Under the pieces are notes generated by a model. The model was given only the letters and a program-made list of their open reading frames with translations, did not search any database and was not told the DNA's origin. From contig CAYILA010000002.1 of assembly GCA_964364265.1 (NCBI GenBank), positions 7,573 through 52,506 on the forward strand: a stretch of DNA of 44,934 bases. Direction: 5' to 3'. Made by a program: the position numbers and the translations under genes. The DNA comes from an uncultured Candidatus Saccharibacteria bacterium. Lineage in GTDB: Bacteria; Patescibacteriota; UBA1384; XYA2-FULL-43-10; 1-14-0-10-43-13. Positions 30,680 to 39,255 of the stretch are shown here, in pieces (the first letter of the stretch is position 1; each line of letters opens with the position of its first letter).

Positions 30680-32812
30680 TTAAATATCAATTTCATAAAT
30701 CTTGCTGCCAGAAAGCGCCCAGACCTTTTGCGATTTGGAGTTGACATAAAATTTGTCAATTAAGACCCCGTCGATTATATATTGGCGGTTGAATACTCCC
30801 TCCTTGGAGAATCTGACAATTCGATTCATTTTTTTATCTAAAATGTATAAATAAGGCGTATCGGCGTCGGTAAATATTTGGGTTGGAGATTCTATTTTAT
30901 CGTAAGGAACGGGTAGGCCCTTGATTGAAAATGCGGCATCAACGGCGCCTTTGGAGAATTTAGCCACGCTGGAATCGGCTTGTAAGATATAAATGTCTCC
31001 ATCAATAGCAAAACCGACCGCCTCTTTAATGCCGACCTTCCTGGTATCAAGATAGGCCGAACCTTTTGAAAATCCCGTCGCCGATTCGGTATGTTTCCAA
31101 ACCTCGCCGTTTATTTTATCCAAGAGGTAGATGTTTGAAACATAACTTTGGATTTTATCGGCCTCTTCCCATTTGTCGGTATCGGCATTTTTCTCGGCAT
31201 TAAATGTTTTTGCGGCAATATCAAACGTCAAAACCTTTTGTCCGTTGGTCAGTATTACTAATTTATTGCCGGTTTTGGTATAGGAAATATCTATCGCCTC
31301 GCCGTTGGTTTTTCCGATCGAAGAAACCAGCGTTACCTCCTTTTCTCTTGTATTGGAGCTAAAGATTTTACCCTCCGGATTAATAATAAAGATTTCCATG
31401 CCTACTGCAATGCTGGCGCTAACGGTATTGTTAAAATCGAACAGAGCATTTTGGTCGTAAGATCTGGTAGTTCCGGTTTTCTGGTCAAGAGTTTTATTTA
31501 TATCCCTTATTAGAATTGTCGCTTTCTCCTTCATCGCGTCTTTTGTAGCCGCCTTTTGGGCCAGAGCGAGAGCGTCAACCAATTCAGTCAGCCCCTCGCT
31601 TTTGCCAAGCGAGAGATCGTCTTTCGCTTTTGAGTAAAGCTCTTTGGCCCGGTCGTATGATTCGGAGATCGAAAGCTGTTCGTTTTGTTTTGTTTTGGCT
31701 TCGTTATTTTCCTTAATCTTTAAATAGCCGAATGAAAGGATTATCACTATCAACACGGCATATAAGTATTTGCGGTTTTCCGGAAGCAGAGATTTTGTAA
31801 TGAAGTTTGTGGTCAATTTTAATATTTTATTTAGAACATTAATGACCGGTTTTGATTTGTCGGAGTACTTATTCACACTTATTCCGGAGTGGCGTTCTGT
31901 TTTTCCTTCCGGAGGAGTGTCTGTGTTTGAATAATCAGCGTGGGACTGGGTTATTTGCGCTCCGTGTTTTTCGACCCGTTTTTCCTTGAGATGATGGTAG
32001 CAGACCTTAATATTTTCAACAAGTTTTCCACTGTAAACTTTTGATTTTTCATATACCGGCTTCAAGGTTTTTTTGGTCTTGGCCAGTATAGTTTCCTCGG
32101 CTTGGTCGATATAGAAGACCTCCGGAAGATCATTTAACTCTCGCCCCTCAATCTCCTCTCGGCTGTTGGCTTCGATTGAGAGGGCGTTGACCGAGGTGTT
32201 CTTGAGCCGCTTGAAAAAGCGGTCAATATCCAAGATTAATTCACGAGAAGAGCGGTTTTCGGAAAAACTTTTAATCCTGTCCAATGACAAATGGTTGTAC
32301 AGTTCCGTGTTTCCGAAAACCAGCCGGTCGCCTTTGACGATTATTCCATTAGTTATGTCGGTGAAAGTATTAATCGGCAGGGGAGCGGAGGCGGGAATAT
32401 TTTTTTCGGTGATTGCCGAAATATTGCCTTTTCGAAAAATATAGCCGGCGATCGTACCGGTCTGGGCAATATATAGATCATTTTCAGAAACCAAACCGAC
32501 CAGAGCGTTGAGATTTCCAATCCATTCTTTTTCGCCCGATTGAGTCAGCTGGTCAAGGGCTTCATTGATTTTGACTATCGTAGATTCAAAAAATATCTCG
32601 TTTCCTTCCTCGTCGGTTGCTTGTTCGAGAACAGCTAGAATTTCTTTCTTGACTTTTGAGGAAGGAAACCAGGGGGAGAGAATCTCAATAATATAGAAGA
32701 AAAAGCCGTTAAACTTAGGTTTATCCACTTTTCCAGCGAAAAGGAACCTGTCGTCTAATTTGTCTTTTGATGTCAGATAGGCCGAATGGACTTTTATCTG
32801 CGACTCCGCCAT
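30680..32812 (-). CDS. Bitopic membrane protein: degenerate PP2C-like N-terminal domain and extracellular beta-propeller-like domain
   Basis: Single central TM; NIYLLD, IDGDIYIL, LYILD...RIV blade-like repeats. Confidence 0.6.
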   Translation of the reverse strand: MAESQIKVHSAYLTSKDKLDDRFLFAGKVDKPKFNGFFFYIIEILSPWFPSSKVKKEILAVLEQATDEEGNEIFFESTIVKINEALDQLTQSGEKEWIGNLNALVGLVSENDLYIAQTGTIAGYIFRKGNISAITEKNIPASAPLPINTFTDITNGIIVKGDRLVFGNTELYNHLSLDRIKSFSENRSSRELILDIDRFFKRLKNTSVNALSIEANSREEIEGRELNDLPEVFYIDQAEETILAKTKKTLKPVYEKSKVYSGKLVENIKVCYHHLKEKRVEKHGAQITQSHADYSNTDTPPEGKTERHSGISVNKYSDKSKPVINVLNKILKLTTNFITKSLLPENRKYLYAVLIVIILSFGYLKIKENNEAKTKQNEQLSISESYDRAKELYSKAKDDLSLGKSEGLTELVDALALAQKAATKDAMKEKATILIRDINKTLDQKTGTTRSYDQNALFDFNNTVSASIAVGMEIFIINPEGKIFSSNTREKEVTLVSSIGKTNGEAIDISYTKTGNKLVILTNGQKVLTFDIAAKTFNAEKNADTDKWEEADKIQSYVSNIYLLDKINGEVWKHTESATGFSKGSAYLDTRKVGIKEAVGFAIDGDIYILQADSSVAKFSKGAVDAAFSIKGLPVPYDKIESPTQIFTDADTPYLYILDKKMNRIVRFSKEGVFNRQYIIDGVLIDKFYVNSKSQKVWALSGSKIYEIDI

Positions 32813-32935
32813 AGATATGTGCCTGTATTAATAATCTAAGTTATTGATTCGTGGCAATACAAATAAAAAATCACAACAAAACTGGTTCTTTTTTAATTCT
32901 ATCAAATATTGGCAATTAGTAAAACATTTAAAAAC

Positions 32936-32961
32936 AAAAAAACTGCCCAAAGGCAGTTTTT
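32936..32961 (-). terminator. Intrinsic terminator after tRNA-Pro
   Basis: aaaaaactgcc-caaa-ggcagttttt. Confidence 0.8.
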
Positions 32962-33038
32962 GGTCGGGGAGAGAGGATTTGAACCTCCGATCTCTGGACC
33001 CCCAGCCCAGCGCATTAACCGGACTATGCTACTCCCCG
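32961..33038 (-). tRNA. tRNA-Pro(GGG)
   Basis: Reverse complement CGGGGAG...CTGGG-CTGGGGG-TCCAG...GGTTCAAATCC...CCCCGACCA. Confidence 0.95.
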
Positions 33039-33051
33039 TATTGAACATAAA

Positions 33052-33218
33052 GCCCCGCCCGAACTATAAATTGGCCGTTATAAACCAAGTGGGTAACCGC
33101 ACAGCCGGACCAAGGTCCGGCTAAATATTGGTCCAGCCCCGTCATCCGACAGGGTCGCTCATCGATATGATGAAATCCTAATTTAACGTGTTCGCCCAAT
33201 TTAAGCCACAGACGGAGC
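33052..33218 (-). ncRNA. Candidate structured ncRNA, possibly 6S RNA
   Basis: Paired termini GCTCCGTCTG/CGGGCGGGGC; TAAATTGG/CCAATTTA; extended -10 TGcTATAAT immediately upstream. Confidence 0.55.
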
Positions 33219-33317
33219 ATCTGTATTATAGCATTTCGGTCAAGCCGCCTAACAGCACCATAAGTCCACTCCGGGGGTGTACTTATTTGGTATAATCATC
33301 AGGACGGAAGGAGTAAG

Positions 33318-33497
33318 ATGATATTTAAAGAAGGTATTGCCGGAAAGATTCAGGTGGAGGCGGACGAAACGGTCGCCTTAAATGTTCCTCTTGAATTTAT
33401 GGGCGCGGTTGGCGCCTACTATGAAGAATTTGATCAAGTGAGCGACGAAGAGGTAATATCTTTATTGCGCCATGTCCCGTCTAACCAAAAAAAATGA
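33318..33497 (+). pseudogene. 59-aa ORF matching the C-terminal end of a phosphoribosyltransferase
   Basis: ADETVALNVPLEFMGAVGAYYEEFDQVSDEEVISLL; SD AGGAG; TGgTATAAT upstream. Confidence 0.65.
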
Positions 33498-33504
33498 TAT
33501 AAAA

Positions 33505-34107
33505 ATGAGCCAAATAAAATTACTTGGAAAAATTGAAAATGTTTTTGGCCTGGATTTATCATGCAGTATTTATGAAAGCGGGAGAGCCCGATATTCTCGT
33601 CTTTCAATAAGTCGAAACGACGGTTTGAAAATCGTCTTGCCGAAAAGAGTTTGGCACAAAGAAAATCTGGTTTCAGAAATGTTACGCCAGCGGCAGGATT
33701 GGATCATTAAACATTGGAAGAAAATCTTGTCACGACCGCAAAATAATTTTGATGAATTGGATCAATTCGAAATTGACGGCCAAATTATTAAAAAAGAAAA
33801 TTTAGGACGGTTTGCCAAAATCTCAATCGTAAAAAGAGTGGCCGAACTATCCAAAATACACGGCTTAGAATATATGGAGATAAAAATCAGGAATAACAAA
33901 AGGACCTGGGGGACTTGCCACCGCAACCGCAATTTATCGTTTAGCCAGAAATTGGTTTTGCTTCCGGAGCATTTACGCGACTATGTTATCTGCCATGAGT
34001 TGGCGCATTTGATAGAATTCAACCATTCGAAAAAATTTTGGCGGGAACTGGAAATAATCTGCCCAAACTCGAAAAAACTTCGCAAAGAACTCAAGAATTT
34101 CGAGTAA
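33505..34107 (+). CDS. YgjP/DUF45 (M48-like) metal-dependent hydrolase
   Basis: WGTC, DYVICHELAHL...NHS..FW. Confidence 0.9.
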   Translation: MSQIKLLGKIENVFGLDLSCSIYESGRARYSRLSISRNDGLKIVLPKRVWHKENLVSEMLRQRQDWIIKHWKKILSRPQNNFDELDQFEIDGQIIKKENLGRFAKISIVKRVAELSKIHGLEYMEIKIRNNKRTWGTCHRNRNLSFSQKLVLLPEHLRDYVICHELAHLIEFNHSKKFWRELEIICPNSKKLRKELKNFE

Positions 34108-34134
34108 AATTTTCGAGATAAAGTTCCGAACCAA

Positions 34135-34337
34135 ATTCCAATTTGTATCCTGGATCGGAACATTTTTGGGTGCTGTCGGGATTATCAGCTTAATTATTTC
34201 GGGAGCGATAATTTCGATATTCGGCTACTTTTACGACTTCGACAAACTCCGGCTTGGCCTTCAATCCGTCCTCGGCTTCGTCAGGAGGAAGCGGATTTTC
34301 CGGTGGTGGAGGAGGTGGCGGTGGCGGTAGCTGGTAG
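34135..34337 (+). pseudogene. Remnant of a DUF2207-like membrane protein gene
   Basis: TM segment FLGAVGIISLIISGAIISIFGYF, then SSGGSGFSGGGGGGGGSW* in a shifted frame. Confidence 0.6.
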
Positions 34338-34458
34338 ACTGTGGATAACTTATCATCTGGCTCTATTTCAGAATTATTTAAGCTTTAAGTAATTCTTTTG
34401 CAATTTCGATAAATCTTATGATAGTTTGGTAGTGTGGAAACAAGGGAGGGCTTGTTCT

Positions 34459-34650
34459 ATGAGATTAGGGAAATGCCGGAGGAACGGGAATTATTTTCGG
34501 ACGACCAATGGCCAACCTTGCCTTTGCGCCGACTGCCGAGCCATATGTCCCCTCAAGGCGCCGAAGTGTTACGGTGCCTGCATTGGCCCGGTTTTAGCCT
34601 GCGACGGTGTCAGGCGAAAGGTTTTGGTTGAGTCGGCGGTTCCGGTTTAA
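34459..34650 (+). CDS. Cys-rich 63-aa peptide (8 Cys)
   Basis: SD GGGAGG; TTGCAA promoter-like sequence upstream; hairpin 34667-34696 and T run downstream. Confidence 0.55.
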   Translation: MRLGKCRRNGNYFRTTNGQPCLCADCRAICPLKAPKCYGACIGPVLACDGVRRKVLVESAVPV

Positions 34651-34713
34651 GGGGCGACAGCACTGGGGTGAGCCGGGCCGGTATTCCCGGCTCACCTGTG
34701 CATTTTTTTTAAT

Positions 34714-35508
34714 ATGAAAAAATATTTATCATATTTTAAAGTAAGTTTGAAAAACACGACGGCTTATAAAGTCGATTTTGTGATGTTTATTATCATCAAT
34801 ATGGTATTTTTCTACATCTTCTTCGCTCTATGGAAAACTATCTATACAGAAAGTGGAGTTACTCAAATCAACAGTTACTCCCTTACCAACACTGTCACTT
34901 ACTATTTTATAACCTCGTTCATATTCAGATTTGACCTCGCTGGTGCAATTTATATGGGAGAAAATATTTGGGATGGTTATTTTACAAATGATTTGATCAA
35001 ACCATGGAGCGTCAAAGCGATCGAATATATTTACACTTTCGCAGAGATACTTTTGAATGTTTTAATTTATCTCCCGTTCTGGTTTTTCATGTACCTAACA
35101 GCACGGCCCTACATCTCATTTCCAACATGGCAGAACGCAGTGTTTTTCGTTATCACACTGCTTTTAGCATTTCTAATGAACATGGCATTTAATCTAATTT
35201 TTCACTCTCTGACTTTTTACTACGGCGATCAGGATTCGACAATCAATTTGGTCAACTACCTTGGATCATTCTTGGGCGGGGGAGTTTTCCCACTCATCTT
35301 TTTGGCAGGCGCCGCCGGTAGAATATTCAACATCCTTCCCTTCAAATATCTCTTCGACATACCGGCCGGAATATATCTTGGAAAGTTAAGTTTAACCCAG
35401 ATTTACCAGGCCTGGGGCTGGATACTTATTTGGACAGCAGTATTTTATATTATCTTCTATTTTGTTTATAAAAATGGCCTTAAACGATACACCGGGACGG
35501 GAAGATGA
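34714..35508 (+). CDS. ABC-2 type (DUF990-like) permease
   Basis: About 6 TMs; I.DG...DL.KP; GGVFPL; LPF. Confidence 0.88.
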   Translation: MKKYLSYFKVSLKNTTAYKVDFVMFIIINMVFFYIFFALWKTIYTESGVTQINSYSLTNTVTYYFITSFIFRFDLAGAIYMGENIWDGYFTNDLIKPWSVKAIEYIYTFAEILLNVLIYLPFWFFMYLTARPYISFPTWQNAVFFVITLLLAFLMNMAFNLIFHSLTFYYGDQDSTINLVNYLGSFLGGGVFPLIFLAGAAGRIFNILPFKYLFDIPAGIYLGKLSLTQIYQAWGWILIWTAVFYIIFYFVYKNGLKRYTGTGR

Positions 35509-36296
35509 ATAAATACCTAAAAATAAATTGGCGGCTTTTGAAAAACGCCTACATCCGCGATTCAAAGATGCCGGCTTATCTGATTTCGGGCATTGCATTT
35601 CATATCGTTGAAATCGCGGTGGCGATCGTCTTTTTTGATGTCTTATTCAGCAATACCCAAAATCTGGCCGGTTGGAATTTCTATCAGGTGTTGTTTCTGT
35701 ACGGTTTCGGCGGCTTTGTAGTTGAAATAAATAACGGTTTTACTAGAGGCGGAATCCGGAAAATGGCCAGTGAGCTTGTCCGGACTGGGGAATACGATTT
35801 CTATGTCACCAAACCGATCGACTCTATGTTCCTGGTTTCATTCAGCCGCCCCCGCGTTTTTGATTTCATTACGGCAATTTTTTATCTCGGAATTCTTGGC
35901 TACGCCTTGGAGAAGGGGAATTTTGAATTGGGCTTCATCAATATTATATGGTTTCTTTTCCTGACAATATTTTCATTTATCTTGTTTTATTTTCTTCAGG
36001 CCCTACCAATTATCCCAATATTTTGGACAGTGAAGGGTTTTTCTCTGCAATTTATGATGGGCCGGATGAGCCAGTTTATGAAGTATCCAATCGGTGTTTT
36101 CCCGCGACTGATTAAAATCGGGTTAATGACACTTTTTCCGATTATGGCCGTCTCATATCTACCGGTGCGGACACTTTTCTACCCTCCCGAACCGGAGTAT
36201 ATTGTTTATATGGTTCTTGTAACATTTGCCTTTTCGGTAATTACCAAAATGCTCTGGCAGTTTGGCGAAAAAAATTATGGATCAGCATCCAGCTGA
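35505..36296 (+). CDS. ABC-2 type (DUF990-like) permease
   Basis: GWN, VRTGEYDFY.TKP, KYP..VFP, Y.SASS terminus. Confidence 0.9.
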   Translation: MNKYLKINWRLLKNAYIRDSKMPAYLISGIAFHIVEIAVAIVFFDVLFSNTQNLAGWNFYQVLFLYGFGGFVVEINNGFTRGGIRKMASELVRTGEYDFYVTKPIDSMFLVSFSRPRVFDFITAIFYLGILGYALEKGNFELGFINIIWFLFLTIFSFILFYFLQALPIIPIFWTVKGFSLQFMMGRMSQFMKYPIGVFPRLIKIGLMTLFPIMAVSYLPVRTLFYPPEPEYIVYMVLVTFAFSVITKMLWQFGEKNYGSASS

Positions 36297-36348
36297 CAAC
36301 CAGGAATGGATAACGAATTTTACCAATAACAAATAGACGAATCTAACC

Positions 36349-36726
36349 ATGAGAGAATTAATCTATCCCGAATTGAGTTATAAGTTGGTCGGGATGGCCT
36401 ACAAGATTGACAATGAAATCGGGTTTGGTCAGAACGAGAAAATATATTCTGATGTTTTTGAATCTCTACTAAAGGATACAAAGTTGGAGTATAAACGCGA
36501 ATTATATTGTCCATTGAAGCTAGATGACAAAGTTATAGCGAAAAGATATTTTGATTTTCTGGTAGAGGAAAAAATAATTATAGAATTTAAATCCGGTACC
36601 CAAGGTTACAGAGATGCCTGCACCCAAATATTCCAATATCTAAAATCAAGCGGAATCAAATTGGGGTTGGTCTTCAGGTTCACAAAAAATGGCGTGAAAA
36701 TAAAAAGAATACCATGTTTTAATTAG
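36349..36726 (+). CDS. GxxExxY (PD-(D/E)XK-like) protein
   Basis: LSYKLVG...GFGQNEKIY; DFLVE.KIIIEFK; Q...YLK...LG. Confidence 0.9.
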   Translation: MRELIYPELSYKLVGMAYKIDNEIGFGQNEKIYSDVFESLLKDTKLEYKRELYCPLKLDDKVIAKRYFDFLVEEKIIIEFKSGTQGYRDACTQIFQYLKSSGIKLGLVFRFTKNGVKIKRIPCFN

Positions 36727-36765
36727 TTTATTAGATATTAGTATAATTAGTCATCCGTTCCTGTT

Positions 36766-37725
36766 ATGCCGATAATAGAATCAAAAAATCTGACCAAATC
36801 ATTTGTAAAAAAACGGTTTAATCCATCCGATGTTTTTCATATGCAACGCGAGGAAAAAGTAGCGGTCAACAAATTATCAATCGAGATCGAAGAAGGGGAG
36901 TTTATCGGTTTTCTGGGCCCAAACGGAGCCGGCAAAACAACATATTTGAAAATGTTATCCGGTATCATTTATCCAACTTCCGGAGAGGCAAAAGTCCTCG
37001 GTTTCACTCCATGGGAAAAGGATTACCGATTCCTCGGCCAGATCGCCATCGTAATGGGTCAGAAAAATCAGCTCTGGTGGGATCTGCCGGCGATTGATTC
37101 ATTCCATTTATTGAAAGATATTTACTCGATTTCGGAAAATGATTTCAAGAAAAATCTTGATGATATGATCGAGATTCTCGGCATGAAAGAGGTCATTAAC
37201 AGAAGACTTCGCAATATGTCGCTAGGCGAGCGGATGAAATGCGAACTGGCGGCTTCGTTCCTGCATAACCCGAAAGTGATATTTTTAGATGAACCGACAA
37301 TCGGGCTCGATGTCGTCTCCTCACAGGCAATCAGGAAATTTTTGATCAATATCAACAGGGAGCGGAAATGCACGATGATCTTAACCAGCCACTATATGGG
37401 CGATATCGAGGAGATGTGCAAACGGGTGGTGATTATCAATAAAGGTGAGAAGATTTATGACGGGGAATTATCAAAATTAAAAGAAAAGTATGCGCCGGAG
37501 AAAAAAATCCAGATTTATCTCAAAGATGTGGCCGAAAAAGAGAAGTTCGCCAAAATGTCGGGCAAGAAAAATCTAGAGGACAATCTTGGCACCATCCGAG
37601 CGTCGAAAAGTGAACTGGGAAGCATTGTTAAAGATGTTTTTTCAACTTTTGATATTGAAAATATCACAATCTCCGATCCTGATACCGAAGAGGTAATTAC
37701 CAAAATATTCGGTGAGAACCGCTAA
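36766..37725 (+). CDS. ABC transporter ATP-binding subunit
   Basis: GPNGAGKTT, GQKNQLWWDLP, SLGERMK, LDEPTIGLD, TSH. Confidence 0.95.
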   Translation: MPIIESKNLTKSFVKKRFNPSDVFHMQREEKVAVNKLSIEIEEGEFIGFLGPNGAGKTTYLKMLSGIIYPTSGEAKVLGFTPWEKDYRFLGQIAIVMGQKNQLWWDLPAIDSFHLLKDIYSISENDFKKNLDDMIEILGMKEVINRRLRNMSLGERMKCELAASFLHNPKVIFLDEPTIGLDVVSSQAIRKFLININRERKCTMILTSHYMGDIEEMCKRVVIINKGEKIYDGELSKLKEKYAPEKKIQIYLKDVAEKEKFAKMSGKKNLEDNLGTIRASKSELGSIVKDVFSTFDIENITISDPDTEEVITKIFGENR

Positions 37726-37752
37726 TTATTCCAATAACTATCCCGATACGAC

Positions 37753-37920
37753 TTGACATGCTCCGACTGATTGTTTAGAATGGCATCACAATGAGACAAG
37801 CAACCTTACTCATTATTAAAGTCGCCAAGAATATCCACGGAACCGCGGACGCTTTTTGATAAGTTAAGGCAAGGATTGGAATAGAAGCAACCGCGGCAAG
37901 CCCGCGGATTTTTGTTTTTT
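37753..37920 (+). promoter_or_regulatory. Attenuator cassette A: promoter, 22-aa uORF (37791-37859), antiterminator/terminator
   Basis: TTGACA-17-TAGAAT; MRQATLLIIKVAKNIHGTADAF*; ccgcgg-caagc-ccgcgg then atttttg. Confidence 0.7.
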
Positions 37921-38109
37921 ACGGGAGTAAAAAACAACCCTCCGAAGCGAAGATTTGTTTGCGAACCCGTAGGATTCGAAACAAACCTGAGCCCCAAAGG
38001 GGACCCTTTGGGTTGGCGGAGGGGTATTCAATAACGCTGTCAAATAGGTAGTTTTTGGTTCCCGATTTGCCGACTGTGGCAGGTCGAGATGCCGGAAAGG
38101 AGGGGTAGG

Positions 38110-38307
38110 ATGGAAAGCGGATATGTTACGGTAATAAGGGAGGGAAACGATAATCATGTCGTTTTCTTTCCTTACGGCAAAGAAGGGGTCGGTAAAATTA
38201 TCGGTTCCTTTGACGAGTCGGGGGCGGCTTGGAAAGCCGTCTGCGACTATAGAAATAGAACCGGTTCGGTTATCAAACCTCCCGACGGACAAGCGGGGGA
38301 GGATTGA
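38110..38307 (+). CDS. Small hypothetical protein (65 aa)
   Basis: SD AAAGGAGG; terminator agcccagccc/gggctgggct downstream. Confidence 0.65.
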   Translation: MESGYVTVIREGNDNHVVFFPYGKEGVGKIIGSFDESGAAWKAVCDYRNRTGSVIKPPDGQAGED

Positions 38308-38476
38308 GGCGATGCCAATTCGCTCCGGCAAATTCGAGCCCAGCCCTTTTTAGGGCTGGGCTATTGCATAATTATTGAAAATATGTTTTAATTATAGAAG
38401 TTTTCGGGTTCGAATATTGCCCGCAATCGGGTGGACGATGTAACAGATTCGAACGAAAGAAAGGAGGGCACAGGAA

Positions 38477-38884
38477 ATGCCCCAAGGATTAAAAGTTTTG
38501 TTGTTGGATGACGGAGACCGTGAAACGATCTCGTTCCTAAAAGGTCTCCTTTCTTCCCGCTTCCAGGTTGAGCTTGTTCCGCTTGGCCTCGACGCGGAAG
38601 AGATCGCCGAGCGGGCAAGGCCGTGGGAGATCGGGCTGGTGGTACTGGGCCACCGCTGGCTGACCGATATCCAATACCACGGGCAGGGGACTAGAATCCT
38701 CCTTGCCTGTTCACGGGCGTATGCCCAGGTAGTTATCTATCTGGAAAACCCCCCGGCACGGTATGGGGAGCACCTCCTCGATTTGCTAAAGGAAAGCGGC
38801 GCCGAGGCCGTTTACGGCCCGGACATCCTCGAACAGGTCGAAAGTTGCGTCCCGGCCGGCTGCAAGGGCGGGACGATTTGGTAG
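38477..38884 (+). CDS. Atypical receiver-like domain protein
   Basis: SD AAGGAGG; KVLLLDD, LVVLG, VVIY, SGA pattern of a REC fold. Confidence 0.55.
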   Translation: MPQGLKVLLLDDGDRETISFLKGLLSSRFQVELVPLGLDAEEIAERARPWEIGLVVLGHRWLTDIQYHGQGTRILLACSRAYAQVVIYLENPPARYGEHLLDLLKESGAEAVYGPDILEQVESCVPAGCKGGTIW

Positions 38885-38947
38885 GACGGGAAGAACCGAT
38901 TTCTAATCTGCTCATTTGCAGGTTAGAGTTCGGCCTTTCCGCCCATA

Positions 38948-39128
38948 TTGACAAAAGTTATCCACAGGATTAGTATATTAAAGTATGAAAAATACAACTG
39001 CAAAAAACTGGTTTGGTCACAAGAAATGTCTCATTATGCCCCAGATAACGGGTGGTTTTTGCAGGTTGAATATGTAGATGTATCGGAAAGTTAATGTGCA
39101 AAATCACCCCGGTCAGCGGGGTTTTTTG
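38948..39128 (+). promoter_or_regulatory. Attenuator cassette B: promoter with DnaA box in the spacer, 30-aa uORF (38985-39077), 1:2/2:3/3:4 helices
   Basis: TTGACA-17-TAGTAT; MKNTTAKNWFGHKKCLIMPQITGGFCRLNM*; accccg-gtcag-cggggtttttt. Confidence 0.75.
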
Positions 39129-39255
39129 ATGGCCTTCGGCCATCAACCTCGCCGTAGCGAAGACAATGAGCGTAGGCGGGTATTTCCTTGAGTAGGCGGA
39201 TTGGATGTAAAAATTATATTCAGCCCGCCCATTCCGGGCCTGAAAGGGGCAAGGC

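Noticed and set aside
33029-33220. 63-aa leaderless CDS
   Set aside because: It runs into tRNA-Pro and the region is better explained by extensive base pairing; not fully excluded
34190-34380. Proline-rich minus-strand ORF
   Set aside because: Antisense of the Gly-rich DUF2207-like tail
37940-38020. Hammerhead ribozyme or glycine riboswitch
   Set aside because: CUGAnGA core and GGAGA/CUCAGG elements are absent
8193-38966. oriC suggested by DnaA boxes at 8193, 34340 and 38958
   Set aside because: The boxes are isolated, not clustered, with no dnaA/dnaN nearby
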